Below are positions 30,444 through 39,128 of a DNA stretch of 64,000 nt, piece by piece (within the stretch, counting starts at the first letter, position 1; each line of letters opens with the position of its first letter). This DNA comes from Candidatus Saccharimonadia bacterium (GTDB taxonomy: Bacteria > Patescibacteriota > Saccharimonadia > Saccharimonadales > JALRHH01). Under the pieces are notes generated by a model. It was not told where the DNA came from, searched no databases, and was given only the letters and a program-made list of their open reading frames with translations. The translations under genes and the position numbers were made by a program. The DNA lies in the NCBI GenBank assembly GCA_023253175.1, contig JALRHH010000001.1, forward strand, positions 108,020 to 172,019. The letters run 5' to 3'.

Positions 30444-30938
30444 TTAATGGAATTTCAGCTGATAGAGCGCCATAGCGGCTGCCTGCACTACATTGAAAGA
30501 TTCTTTAGTCCCAAACATTGGAATTACTACGGTGTTGTCAACGTGTTTGAGAAGCTCGGTATCTATGCCTTCAACTTCACGGCCCAGTAGTAAAGCTACT
30601 TTTCCGCTAGATTTGTATTCCTGTAGTGGTATGGAGTCTGCGGTCTGTTCAAGTCCAAGAATTGTGTAGCCAGCTACTGTAAGCTCCTGAATGAGATCAG
30701 TAATTGACTCTCTGTATTCCCAGGGCTGCGATGTTTCAGCGCCGAGGGCGGTCTTACTGATTTGCTTTGTAAGTTTTTGATGAATATGCGGCAGACGAGT
30801 ATCCTCAGGAAGACTTGGGTAAGGTGTATAACCACTAAAGAAGACCCTAGAAACCCCCAAGCCCTCAGCGGTTCTAAGTAGCGAGCCGACGTTATGACAG
30901 CTCCTAATATCATGTACGAGTAGAACGATTTCCTTCAT
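30444..30938 (-). CDS. SpoU/TrmH-family RNA 2'-O-methyltransferase
   Basis: HNVGSLLRTAEG, LLLGREVEGI and ESFNVVQAAAMALY motifs. Start trimmed to Met at 30938. Confidence 0.8.
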   Translation of the reverse strand: MKEIVLLVHDIRSCHNVGSLLRTAEGLGVSRVFFSGYTPYPSLPEDTRLPHIHQKLTKQISKTALGAETSQPWEYRESITDLIQELTVAGYTILGLEQTADSIPLQEYKSSGKVALLLGREVEGIDTELLKHVDNTVVIPMFGTKESFNVVQAAAMALYQLKFH

Positions 30939-31014
30939 CTTTACATTAGTGTACGCAGGAAACATCGCAATTAACAGCATAAGCATTTTAGTTACAGCAC
31001 GCTTATGGTTAAAT

Positions 31015-32622
31015 ATGGGTATGGCACAAGACGCGCGACGCGATGAGGAGCTGAATACTCAGCGCCGGGCTCAGATATTGGGTCTGCAATATGCAGATAC
31101 CTCTCAGAACCGACAAAAACAGCTCTATAAAGAAATTCTCTCTAACCAGGAACTCTATCAACTCCGGGTTATTCCACTTGTCGTTGATCAAAACAACGTT
31201 ACCTTTGGTGTCACCAATACAACTTCGCGTCAAACAATGGAACAACTACGGAGTAGATTCCAGGACCAGCGCACAAATTTCGTATTGATTTCAGAAGCAG
31301 GCTATCGTGAGTACATGCATTTGTATGATCCTCCGCGGCAGGTTGTGTATCAGGACATTTCGCTTAACAGCCCTGATCCGCAGGATCTGATTCGACAGGT
31401 TTCCGCGACCCTAGAGCAAGTCCGCGCCGACGATATCTTGGCATATCTAGTTCAGCAAGCGCATAGGCTCAACGGTTCCGATATTCATGTTGAGTCACAG
31501 AAGGAATCGGTGCGTATACGATTCCGTATCGATGGCATTCTACACCCCGTTGCGCAGCTTAGTTTTGAAAAGTATCGGGTACTTAAGTCTGCTATCGCGA
31601 GTGCTGGAAATATCTCGACATCAGCCGACGAAGCCCAGCAGGGTCATATTTCTCAGATGATTAAAATGGCCGATGGTACGATCGTCGATGTTAATCTTCG
31701 CCTTGAGACAGTTCCTACAGTCAATGGCATGGACATGGTTATGCGTCTCTTTAATTTGGACCAAGAGATGTATAATCTTGATCGACTTGGCCTAGATGAG
31801 GATCAGCGGGCCGTTGTTGACGCGATTATCGCGAAGCCAAGCGGACTCGTGCTAGTAGTCGGGCCAACTGGTTCCGGTAAAACAACAACGCTCTATTCAA
31901 TGCTTAACTCACTCAATAGTGATGAGCGTAAGATTATTACGGTCGAGGATCCAGTTGAATATCAGTTCGAGGGTATTGTGCAGATTCCTGTCAAAGGCCA
32001 AAAGATTGGTGATATTGGCTTTGCGGAAAAGCTTCGTGCAATTTTGCGTCTTGATCCAGACATTGTGATGGTGGGTGAGATTCGTGACCAGGATACAGCT
32101 AAGACTGCGCTTCAGGCGTCGCTAACAGGACATCTTGTGTTGTCTACATTCCACGCCTCATCTGCGGCCGCAGCAATTAGTCGTCTAATGGACTCTATTG
32201 GCCAGAATCCACTTTTTGTTTCGGCGATACGCCTTATTATGGCGCAGCGTCTTGTTCGTCGACTGGATGACGAAACCAAAGAGGCGTACACACCGCCGGA
32301 TCATATTCTAGAGGGCTTGCACCGCGTCGTTGACAGCTTGCCGCCAGGGTTTGAAAAGCCTGATCTGACTAACATCCAGCTGTATAAACCAGGGAAGTCT
32401 GCAGCTAATCCATACGGCTATAGTGGCCAGATTGCACTTCGTGAACAATTCATGATGACAGGCGCCATTAGGCAGTTACTTGAAAATGGTGGCCAACCAA
32501 CAGCTCAGGAAATAGAGCAAGCTGCAGTGGAAAGTGGCATGCTCACCATGCTGCAATACGGCATTCTAAAAGTGATCGCGGGCGAGACTACCATCGAAGA
32601 AGTCCTCCGCGTCGTCGGCTAG
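31015..32622 (+). CDS. GspE/PilB-family type II/IV secretion (type IV pilus assembly) ATPase
   Basis: N-terminal T2SSE_N-like region, Walker A GPTGSGKTT, Asp/His boxes. Start trimmed to Met at 31015. Confidence 0.85.
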   Translation: MGMAQDARRDEELNTQRRAQILGLQYADTSQNRQKQLYKEILSNQELYQLRVIPLVVDQNNVTFGVTNTTSRQTMEQLRSRFQDQRTNFVLISEAGYREYMHLYDPPRQVVYQDISLNSPDPQDLIRQVSATLEQVRADDILAYLVQQAHRLNGSDIHVESQKESVRIRFRIDGILHPVAQLSFEKYRVLKSAIASAGNISTSADEAQQGHISQMIKMADGTIVDVNLRLETVPTVNGMDMVMRLFNLDQEMYNLDRLGLDEDQRAVVDAIIAKPSGLVLVVGPTGSGKTTTLYSMLNSLNSDERKIITVEDPVEYQFEGIVQIPVKGQKIGDIGFAEKLRAILRLDPDIVMVGEIRDQDTAKTALQASLTGHLVLSTFHASSAAAAISRLMDSIGQNPLFVSAIRLIMAQRLVRRLDDETKEAYTPPDHILEGLHRVVDSLPPGFEKPDLTNIQLYKPGKSAANPYGYSGQIALREQFMMTGAIRQLLENGGQPTAQEIEQAAVESGMLTMLQYGILKVIAGETTIEEVLRVVG

Positions 32623-32660
32623 TTCTGCTTCCGGATATCTAGTTTGGTATACTATGACTA

Positions 32661-33053
32661 ATGCCAGAATTTGATCCTAACTCAGAGACTTTTATCTATC
32701 CTGCTACGTTGTTTGAGGTTACGAGCTTACCTGCCGGGGAGGAACCCTTACATATACGAGAACAGTGGGTAGGTGTCCGCCTCCCGATCAGTCCTTACTT
32801 CGGTACGGCAAAAGAATTTGAAGTTCGTGAACTGGTAACAAACGATACAGTCACTCTTGAGCGCGCAGTTATAGTCCGCCTATGTGATGCAATTAGTGTA
32901 TTAAGATACAATGAAAGATTAGAAGCAGCAAATTACTGGGCTCAACTCGCGGTCCGTGAGAATATGACAGTTATCTTTGACCAAGACGAAGGTAAGCTTA
33001 TCTACCCTGGAAGTGAGAGAGAATGGACAACCCGGAATATTGCTGCCGAATAG
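32661..33053 (+). CDS. hypothetical protein
   Basis: 130 aa ORF. Extended -10 TGGTATACT lies 7 nt upstream of the ATG. No motif recognised. Confidence 0.5.
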   Translation: MPEFDPNSETFIYPATLFEVTSLPAGEEPLHIREQWVGVRLPISPYFGTAKEFEVRELVTNDTVTLERAVIVRLCDAISVLRYNERLEAANYWAQLAVRENMTVIFDQDEGKLIYPGSEREWTTRNIAAE

Positions 33054-33088
33054 GAGCTACAGCAGCTGCTAGTGTCTTTTGTTGATTA

Positions 33089-34234
33089 CTAAATAATTAC
33101 CTTGGCGATTTCGGGGACGAGTCTTTCGTCGAGGACTGACGGAATGATTTCTTCTGGGGTCGGATTTTCAACGAGTCCAGCGATAACTTCTGATACTTTC
33201 ATTTTATGTTCTTCTGTAATATCACGGACCTTGTTGTCGAGCGCTCCGCGGAAAATACCAGGGAATGCGATTGCGTTATTAACTTGGTTAGGGAAGTCGC
33301 TGCGGCCGGTAGCCATAATTGCTACGCCGGCCTTGGCTGCTTCTTCTGGTAGGATTTCTGGTACAGGGTTAGCCATCGCAAAGATGATCGGGTCCTTCGC
33401 CATTGTTTTCACCATGTCAACAGAGAGAAGGCCGGCCTTCGATACGCCAATAAAAATGTCGGCACTTTTGAGACCGTCTTCGAGTGAGCCACTGACGTTA
33501 TCATGATTTGTAAACTCAAGAAGTTTTTTCTTCTCATCATTTAGATCAGTTCGATCAGAGCTAATGACGCCCTTGCTGTCGACTGCTAGGATTTCTGCCT
33601 GCGGTGCATACTGGTGGATCAATTTCATGATTGCGGTCCCGGCTGCGCCCGCGCCGACGCAGACAATACGGCAGTCGTTCAGGTTTCGGCCAGTAATCTT
33701 CATACTGTTGATGAGGCCGGCAAGCACGACGATTGCTGTACCGTGTTGATCATCGTGGAATACGGGGATTAGTAGCTCTTTCTTAAGGCGCTCCTCAACT
33801 TCAAAGCAAATAGGGGCGGCAATGTCTTCCAGATTTATGCCACCAAAGCTTGGCGCAATTGCTTTAACGGCTGCTACAATCTCATCCGCAGAGTGCACAT
33901 CAAGTACGATTGGCACTGCGTCTACGCCTGCAAAGTGTTTGAAAAGCATACCCTTGCCCTCCATAACCGGTAATGCACCGTACGGGCCGATATCCCCAAG
34001 TCCAAGCACCGCAGAGCCATCACTGATGACGGCAACAACATTATTAAGCCATGTATAGTCACGGGCTTCTTCTGGGTGTTCAGCGACATAGCTTGACACT
34101 GCGCCGACACCAGGGGTGTAGTAGGTGCTGAGCTTGTCTTTGGAATCAAGTTGATCCTTGAGCTCCAGGCCAATCTTACCCTTTAATTCTTTGTGTTTGC
34201 GTAAAGCTTCATCTGCATAATTCATGCTATTCAT
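33089..34234 (-). CDS. NAD(P)-dependent malic enzyme (short form)
   Basis: 381 aa. Malic-enzyme N-terminal region (YTPGVG) and an NAD-binding GAGAAG motif. Confidence 0.88.
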   Translation of the reverse strand: MNSMNYADEALRKHKELKGKIGLELKDQLDSKDKLSTYYTPGVGAVSSYVAEHPEEARDYTWLNNVVAVISDGSAVLGLGDIGPYGALPVMEGKGMLFKHFAGVDAVPIVLDVHSADEIVAAVKAIAPSFGGINLEDIAAPICFEVEERLKKELLIPVFHDDQHGTAIVVLAGLINSMKITGRNLNDCRIVCVGAGAAGTAIMKLIHQYAPQAEILAVDSKGVISSDRTDLNDEKKKLLEFTNHDNVSGSLEDGLKSADIFIGVSKAGLLSVDMVKTMAKDPIIFAMANPVPEILPEEAAKAGVAIMATGRSDFPNQVNNAIAFPGIFRGALDNKVRDITEEHKMKVSEVIAGLVENPTPEEIIPSVLDERLVPEIAKVII

Positions 34235-34364
34235 TGTACGCTTCTAATGACCAGATTACAGTTTCAATATCACAACAGATATGCTACAATAACATCAAAT
34301 TTCGCATCTGGTGACCATGACCAGGCTTGTGTAAAAGTGTAAAATAGTGTAAGGTTAATTAGTT

Positions 34365-34787
34365 ATGCAATCTGTAATTCAGAAAATCGAAGAAAAATTC
34401 AAGAAGCCACAAGTTGTGGATGTTATGTCTGGTGATACCGTAAAGGTCCACCAAAAAATTAAAGAAGGCAACAAAGAGCGTGTGCAGATCTTCCAGGGTC
34501 TTGTTATTCGTGTAGATCGCAAGGGTACTCACACCTCACGTATTCTTGTTCGTCGTATCGCAAGTGGTGTTGGTGTTGAAAAGAGCTTCCTGCTTCACAG
34601 TCCACTCGTTGTGAAAGTAGAAGTTACAAAGCGTTCTAAGGTTCGTCGTAACTACCTAACCTACATGCGCGACCGTACTGGTAAGCGTGCTCGTCTTACT
34701 GGCGTCGACTTTGACCGCGAAGCAGTTAACAAGATCGAAGAGCCAAAAGTAGAAGCTCCAGTAGCTGAAGAAAAAGCAGCAGAGTAA
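34365..34787 (+). CDS. rplS: 50S ribosomal protein L19
   Basis: Typical L19 core (GDTVKVHQKIKEGNKERVQIFQGLVI...RRIASGVGVEK) with an acidic/Ala tail. Confidence 0.92.
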   Translation: MQSVIQKIEEKFKKPQVVDVMSGDTVKVHQKIKEGNKERVQIFQGLVIRVDRKGTHTSRILVRRIASGVGVEKSFLLHSPLVVKVEVTKRSKVRRNYLTYMRDRTGKRARLTGVDFDREAVNKIEEPKVEAPVAEEKAAE

Positions 34788-34803
34788 ATATCTAGATTTC
34801 TAC

Positions 34804-34836
34804 AAAAAACCGTCCACATCAGTGGGCGGTTTTTTG
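34804..34836 (+). terminator. intrinsic terminator after rplS
   Basis: A-run, 8-bp stem CCGTCCAC/GTGGGCGG (one G-U), loop ATCA, then T6. Confidence 0.75.
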
Positions 34837-34849
34837 TTATGCTAAGTCT

Positions 34850-35398
34850 ATGATTATTGGAATTGATGAGGTTGGAAGGGGCTGTTGGGCGGGGCCGCTT
34901 GTGGCTGCTGCGGTTGTTTTGAATAATCTGATTGAGGGTCTCAACGATTCCAAAAAACTGAGCAAAAAACGTAGAGCCGAACTAGCATTGTTGATTCATG
35001 AGAATGCGCAAGTTGGTATTGGCTGGGTATCACCAGGAGAGGTAGATGAACTTGGACTAACTGAGGCGGTTCGTCTTGCTATGCAACGGGCGGTTGACGA
35101 GCTGGGGGTTTCTGCTGACGAAGTAATCATTGATGGAAACTATAACTATCTACCGCATCTAGCGGGTTCACGTGCAGAAGTTAGGGCGGATGGGAGTATT
35201 GCTGAGGTTAGTGCCGCAAGTATTGTCGCAAAAGTTGCGCGCGATACATATATGGAACAGCTTGATGAGGCCTATCTGAAGTGGCAATTCGAAAAACATG
35301 TTGGTTACGGCACCGCTGCGCATATTACTGCCCTGAATGAACACGGAGTAAGCGACATTCATCGGCTTTCATACAAACCGATCAAGGCATTCCTGTGA
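34850..35398 (+). CDS. rnhB: ribonuclease HII
   Basis: IGIDEVGRGCWAGPLV catalytic N-terminus and a DSKKLS motif. Confidence 0.88.
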   Translation: MIIGIDEVGRGCWAGPLVAAAVVLNNLIEGLNDSKKLSKKRRAELALLIHENAQVGIGWVSPGEVDELGLTEAVRLAMQRAVDELGVSADEVIIDGNYNYLPHLAGSRAEVRADGSIAEVSAASIVAKVARDTYMEQLDEAYLKWQFEKHVGYGTAAHITALNEHGVSDIHRLSYKPIKAFL

Positions 35399-35730
35399 CC
35401 AATTACAAAGCAGGTCATGATGCAGAAAAAGATGCTGCCGAATACCTAAAGAAGCAGGGTTTCAAAATCAAGGAGCTAAATTGGAAGACACGGTACTGCG
35501 AAATTGATATCGTGGCCGAGAAGCGAAAAGTAATTTGGTTTGTTGAGGTGAAATCACGGAGAAGTAGTTTGCAGGGGTTCGGATACGAATATGTGACGTC
35601 CAAAAAGCTTCAGCAGATGCAGTTCGCTGCCGAAATGTGGGTGCGGGAGCAGGAATGGAATGGCGGATATCAACTTGGTGTGGTGAGCATTGATTCCGGA
35701 GAGGTTACTTTCATCGAAGATATAGCGTGA
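35395..35730 (+). CDS. YraN-family (UPF0102) endonuclease-like protein
   Basis: GHDAEKDAAEYLKKQGFKI...CEIDIVA pattern. 4-nt overlap with rnhB. Confidence 0.8.
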   Translation: MTNYKAGHDAEKDAAEYLKKQGFKIKELNWKTRYCEIDIVAEKRKVIWFVEVKSRRSSLQGFGYEYVTSKKLQQMQFAAEMWVREQEWNGGYQLGVVSIDSGEVTFIEDIA

Positions 35731-35779
35731 AAAGTTTCAGCAGAAAAACTTTTCACAAAATCATAGATACAACAAAAGC

Positions 35780-35819
35780 CGTGAAAACATCTTAAGATAA
35801 AAGTTTTCACGACTTTTTT
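35780..35819. terminator. bidirectional terminator between yraN and pepN
   Basis: 9-bp stem CGTGAAAAC/GTTTTCACG, followed by T6 on the + strand and by a T-rich tract (GCTTTTGTTG) on the - strand. Confidence 0.65.
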
Positions 35820-35824
35820 GGTTA

Positions 35825-38446
35825 CTACTGGGCTTTAAAGAAGGCGAGAATACTATCGAAATCTCGTTCTTTCCAGGCGGACTGGTACTGAAGCATTTCA
35901 AGACCTTGTTTGTAGGAACGGTCAAGTGCAGGTGAAAGTTTTGGTTCAAAGAACGCTTTGTATTCGTCAATGAAGCTACGATCACTAAACGCGCGTGCTG
36001 CGTAGACTGGCATGCGGTAGAAGCTGAGGTCGCTGCCCAGATTTTCGTGGAGCCAATCCCAGTTCTGTTTAACCCAATCCCAAGTTTGCTGCTTGGCGTG
36101 TCGGTTCATGAAACTGTATGCAATCCAGTAAGCAACGTCCTGTAAACGAACAGCGTCAGAATTAACCATAGCAAGTGCCTCTGCGATAAGTTTTGGATCC
36201 TCGAATCCAGTAATCGCTGCAGACAATGTTAGCCGTTCATCACTGAGTGATGAGCTATTGTGCATCTCGACTAGTTTATCGAATTCTGCCTTGCCACCAC
36301 GGCGTGCAATTGTGCCATACACTACGCCGCGTAGATCTGGATCGAGATCACTGCCGCGCTTCAGGGCTTTGTTAGTGATAGCCTGACGTAGTTCTGGATC
36401 AGCATCGTTTGCTTCGTGAATTGTCGCAAAAATCTTTTCAACATGATCAAGCACCCAAGGTTCGTCACTACTCGCTGCCATGCCAAGGATAATTGGCCTC
36501 AGTAGTAGATCGAAGTGGCTATCGGCTTCGCTGCGGTGCCAGCCGAGGCGCTCTAGCTCACTTGCGATGAGCTTGCGGGTGTATGGCTTCATAAGATCAC
36601 GAAGCTCATCATTATTCATGACGGTACGAATATTTCCCAGCGAAGTCGCGATAATATCCCAGACAGTATAATCAGTTTCATTCATGAAATTACTGAGGAA
36701 CTGCAGGGCATCGGCCGTGCTTGATTCGCCGGCCTTGGCTGTTTCAAAAGTGTCACTCAGAATCGACAGTCTATTGACCGGATTAACCTTACCTTGTCTG
36801 ATTTGTTCGCCAAGATGCTGCAAATGGGTTGCATTGTAAGTTGTGCGGTAGAAGCCAGACTGTCCGTCATTAAGTTTGAATGCATGGGTGTCTGGAAGTG
36901 TGAACGAACCTGTTTCGGAATCGAGCTGGTCAATTGGTGTATCTAGATTTGCAAGTAGTGGAATTGGCCACGTTTCTGCAGGTACATCCGCATGCTCTGG
37001 ATTAACAAATAGACGCTCTTGCCTGAGTCTAACTTCCTGGCCATCTACTTCGGTATGCAGCACAGGGAAACCGGATTGGCTTGTCCAGGCATGCATAAAT
37101 GATTTGACGGGCTTTCCCGATATTTCCTCGAGCGCCTGCCATAGGTCAACAGTATCGGTATTGCCGTACTTATGGCGGTTGAGGTAGTGGCGGAGTCCAT
37201 CACGGAAAACGTCTGCACCAAGATAGGTGTTGAGCATATGAATAACGCTCGCGCCTTTGCTATAGCTAATTGCATCAAAGATGCTACGGATTTCGTCGGG
37301 GTGATTGATGGCTACCTCGATAGGGTGGGTGTGCTCGAGTGCGTCAAGCTTCAAGGCCTGCTGCTGCTCATCAACAGTAAACTGGGTCCACATATTCCAT
37401 TCTGGGAAGAGATGATCAACGGCAAGATATTCAATCCAGCTCGCGAAGCCTTCGTTGAGCCAGAGGTCGGTCCACCACCGCATAGTGACAAGATTGCCGA
37501 ACCATTGGTGGGCGAGCTCATGCGCAACCACCATTGCCACCCACTGCTTTGTGCTGAGCGTAGTATTGTCTGGATCGACTAAGAGTGCATGTTCACGGTA
37601 CGTGATGCAGCCCCAGTTTTCCATGGCGCCACTGGCAAAATCAGGCAGGGCAATCATGTCACACTTTGCGAGTGGGTATGGAATATTGAAATACTCTTCG
37701 TAGAATTCCAGTGTCTTTACCGCGCAGTCGAGCGCAAACTGCGTAAAGTCGACCTTGTCGGCGGTGGCGTAGGTGCGGACAATGGTGCCGTGTTTGGTCT
37801 TTGCCTCGAGATGCTCAAGCTCTCCGGTTACGAATGCCAGGAGATAGGTTGACATGTGCGGGGTGGTTTCAAAGGTGCTAACGAGTTTGCCATTCTTTTC
37901 TTCCTGGGATGCAATAGGAGTGTTGGCGATAACAGTTTCACCGGGTACGGTGTGAAGCGTCAGGTCAAAGGTCGCCTTGGCTTCTGGTTCGTCGATACAA
38001 GGGAATACTTCCCGCGCGTGGTGGCTTTCAAACTGTGTGGCAAGTAGCTGCTTTTGGACACCTTTATGTTCAAAGAAACAAGGGTATATGCCGTTCATTG
38101 GGCGGGTGATTTTACCCTTAAATTCAAGCCTAACAGTGTAGGTTCCTGGATACAGCATTTCAGCTGCGTGCAACCGCACCTCTTCGTTTGTTTTGTGGTG
38201 ATTGATGCGGTCTACTGTGATCTCTTGATCACCGGTTTTCTTGTCATGTTTGGTGATAAATGCTTTGGTAACGGTGAGACCTACTTGGTGTAGCGTGATG
38301 CGCTGTGATGGCTTGCCGACTTTTTGGCCACTTATGATAACGCTGCCCGTAAAGCTTTCAGATGCTCGGTCTGGATTAATTTCCAATATGTAATGTTTTG
38401 GCTGAAATTGTGCGTAAAGACGCGATACTGTTTTTCCCATATGCAT
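35825..38446 (-). CDS. pepN: M1-family aminopeptidase N
   Basis: GAMENWG exopeptidase motif and HELAHQWFGN...E zinc site. Start trimmed to Met at 38446 (or 38440). Confidence 0.88.
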   Translation of the reverse strand: MHMGKTVSRLYAQFQPKHYILEINPDRASESFTGSVIISGQKVGKPSQRITLHQVGLTVTKAFITKHDKKTGDQEITVDRINHHKTNEEVRLHAAEMLYPGTYTVRLEFKGKITRPMNGIYPCFFEHKGVQKQLLATQFESHHAREVFPCIDEPEAKATFDLTLHTVPGETVIANTPIASQEEKNGKLVSTFETTPHMSTYLLAFVTGELEHLEAKTKHGTIVRTYATADKVDFTQFALDCAVKTLEFYEEYFNIPYPLAKCDMIALPDFASGAMENWGCITYREHALLVDPDNTTLSTKQWVAMVVAHELAHQWFGNLVTMRWWTDLWLNEGFASWIEYLAVDHLFPEWNMWTQFTVDEQQQALKLDALEHTHPIEVAINHPDEIRSIFDAISYSKGASVIHMLNTYLGADVFRDGLRHYLNRHKYGNTDTVDLWQALEEISGKPVKSFMHAWTSQSGFPVLHTEVDGQEVRLRQERLFVNPEHADVPAETWPIPLLANLDTPIDQLDSETGSFTLPDTHAFKLNDGQSGFYRTTYNATHLQHLGEQIRQGKVNPVNRLSILSDTFETAKAGESSTADALQFLSNFMNETDYTVWDIIATSLGNIRTVMNNDELRDLMKPYTRKLIASELERLGWHRSEADSHFDLLLRPIILGMAASSDEPWVLDHVEKIFATIHEANDADPELRQAITNKALKRGSDLDPDLRGVVYGTIARRGGKAEFDKLVEMHNSSSLSDERLTLSAAITGFEDPKLIAEALAMVNSDAVRLQDVAYWIAYSFMNRHAKQQTWDWVKQNWDWLHENLGSDLSFYRMPVYAARAFSDRSFIDEYKAFFEPKLSPALDRSYKQGLEMLQYQSAWKERDFDSILAFFKAQ

Positions 38447-38483
38447 ATATTGTACCAGGAATAGATCGCACATCGGTGTTATG

Positions 38484-38511
38484 TTGACACTGTGTAGCAG
38501 TAACCTATACT
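38484..38511 (+). promoter_or_regulatory. sigma70-type promoter
   Basis: TTGACA, a 16-nt spacer, then TATACT, about 30 nt upstream of the ORF at 38542. Confidence 0.55.
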
Positions 38512-38541
38512 TATAGACATAACCATAAAAGGAATCCTCAC

Positions 38542-38997
38542 ATGTCATTACGATCTCTTACGCTTAAGAAACTAGACGCAAAAGGCCTTGGCCACCACGT
38601 GCTGATTGCTATCATTGTTGTTTCAAGTATTTCAGGTATTGGTGCATGGCGAGTATTTAGCTCGAGTGCAGCTACACTGCCAGCTCAGCCAATTGCGCGT
38701 TGCACGATAAATGCCCCAGCAACTATCAAGGCGGGATCTACATATAGGCCATCAGTGACTATTGTTAATGCGGGTAAAGTTACATTTACGCCATACATTA
38801 AATATGACGTACGGGCATCAGGTTGGACGACTTCAAAGACGGCAACCCTACAGAGGCTTACTCCAGGTACTAAGGTTACTAAGTCACTAGGTAGTTACCA
38901 GGTGTTTAACGCGGGTTACGGTGATAACACTACGACCGTCCGCGGCGTTAATACTGCCTCTTTCTCTTGTAGCAAGAGAACAGACGTCGTGAATTAA
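38542..38997 (+). CDS. hypothetical secreted/anchored protein
   Basis: N-terminal TM or signal anchor, then a beta-rich domain of about 110 aa with 2 Cys. Promoter TTGACA-16-TATACT and SD AAGGA upstream. Confidence 0.5.
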   Translation: MSLRSLTLKKLDAKGLGHHVLIAIIVVSSISGIGAWRVFSSSAATLPAQPIARCTINAPATIKAGSTYRPSVTIVNAGKVTFTPYIKYDVRASGWTTSKTATLQRLTPGTKVTKSLGSYQVFNAGYGDNTTTVRGVNTASFSCSKRTDVVN

Positions 38998-39030
38998 GCG
39001 GGTCAGTGTATTCATATATTTAGCTTACAA

Positions 39031-39059
39031 TTGACATAGCAAACTGCGTGCCGTATACT
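39031..39059 (+). promoter_or_regulatory. sigma70-type promoter upstream of nusA
   Basis: TTGACA (39031-39036), a 17-nt spacer, then TATACT (39054-39059). Confidence 0.5.
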
Positions 39060-39072
39060 TCAGGTTAGTAAG

Positions 39073-39096
39073 TCCGGCCACCAGGTCGGATTTTTT
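39073..39096 (+). terminator. intrinsic terminator-like hairpin plus T6
   Basis: 7-bp stem TCCGGCC/GGTCGGA (one G-U), loop ACCA, then TTTTTT. It lies between the promoter above and the nusA start. Confidence 0.6.
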
Positions 39097-39128
39097 AATA
39101 GAGATATCTAAAAGTTTGGAGTTATAAA

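Noticed and set aside
30939-31014. Mutually overlapping 5' extensions of the SpoU gene (to 30986) and the pilB-like gene (from 30949)
   Set aside because: The extensions overlap each other on opposite strands. Conserved domains start at the internal Met codons (30938 and 31015), which leaves a normal 76-bp divergent promoter region.
38447-38548. N-terminal extension of pepN (track start at 38548)
   Set aside because: The extension runs into the divergent promoter region and overlaps the start of the ORF at 38542. M1 aminopeptidase homology begins at MHMGKTVSRLY (38446).
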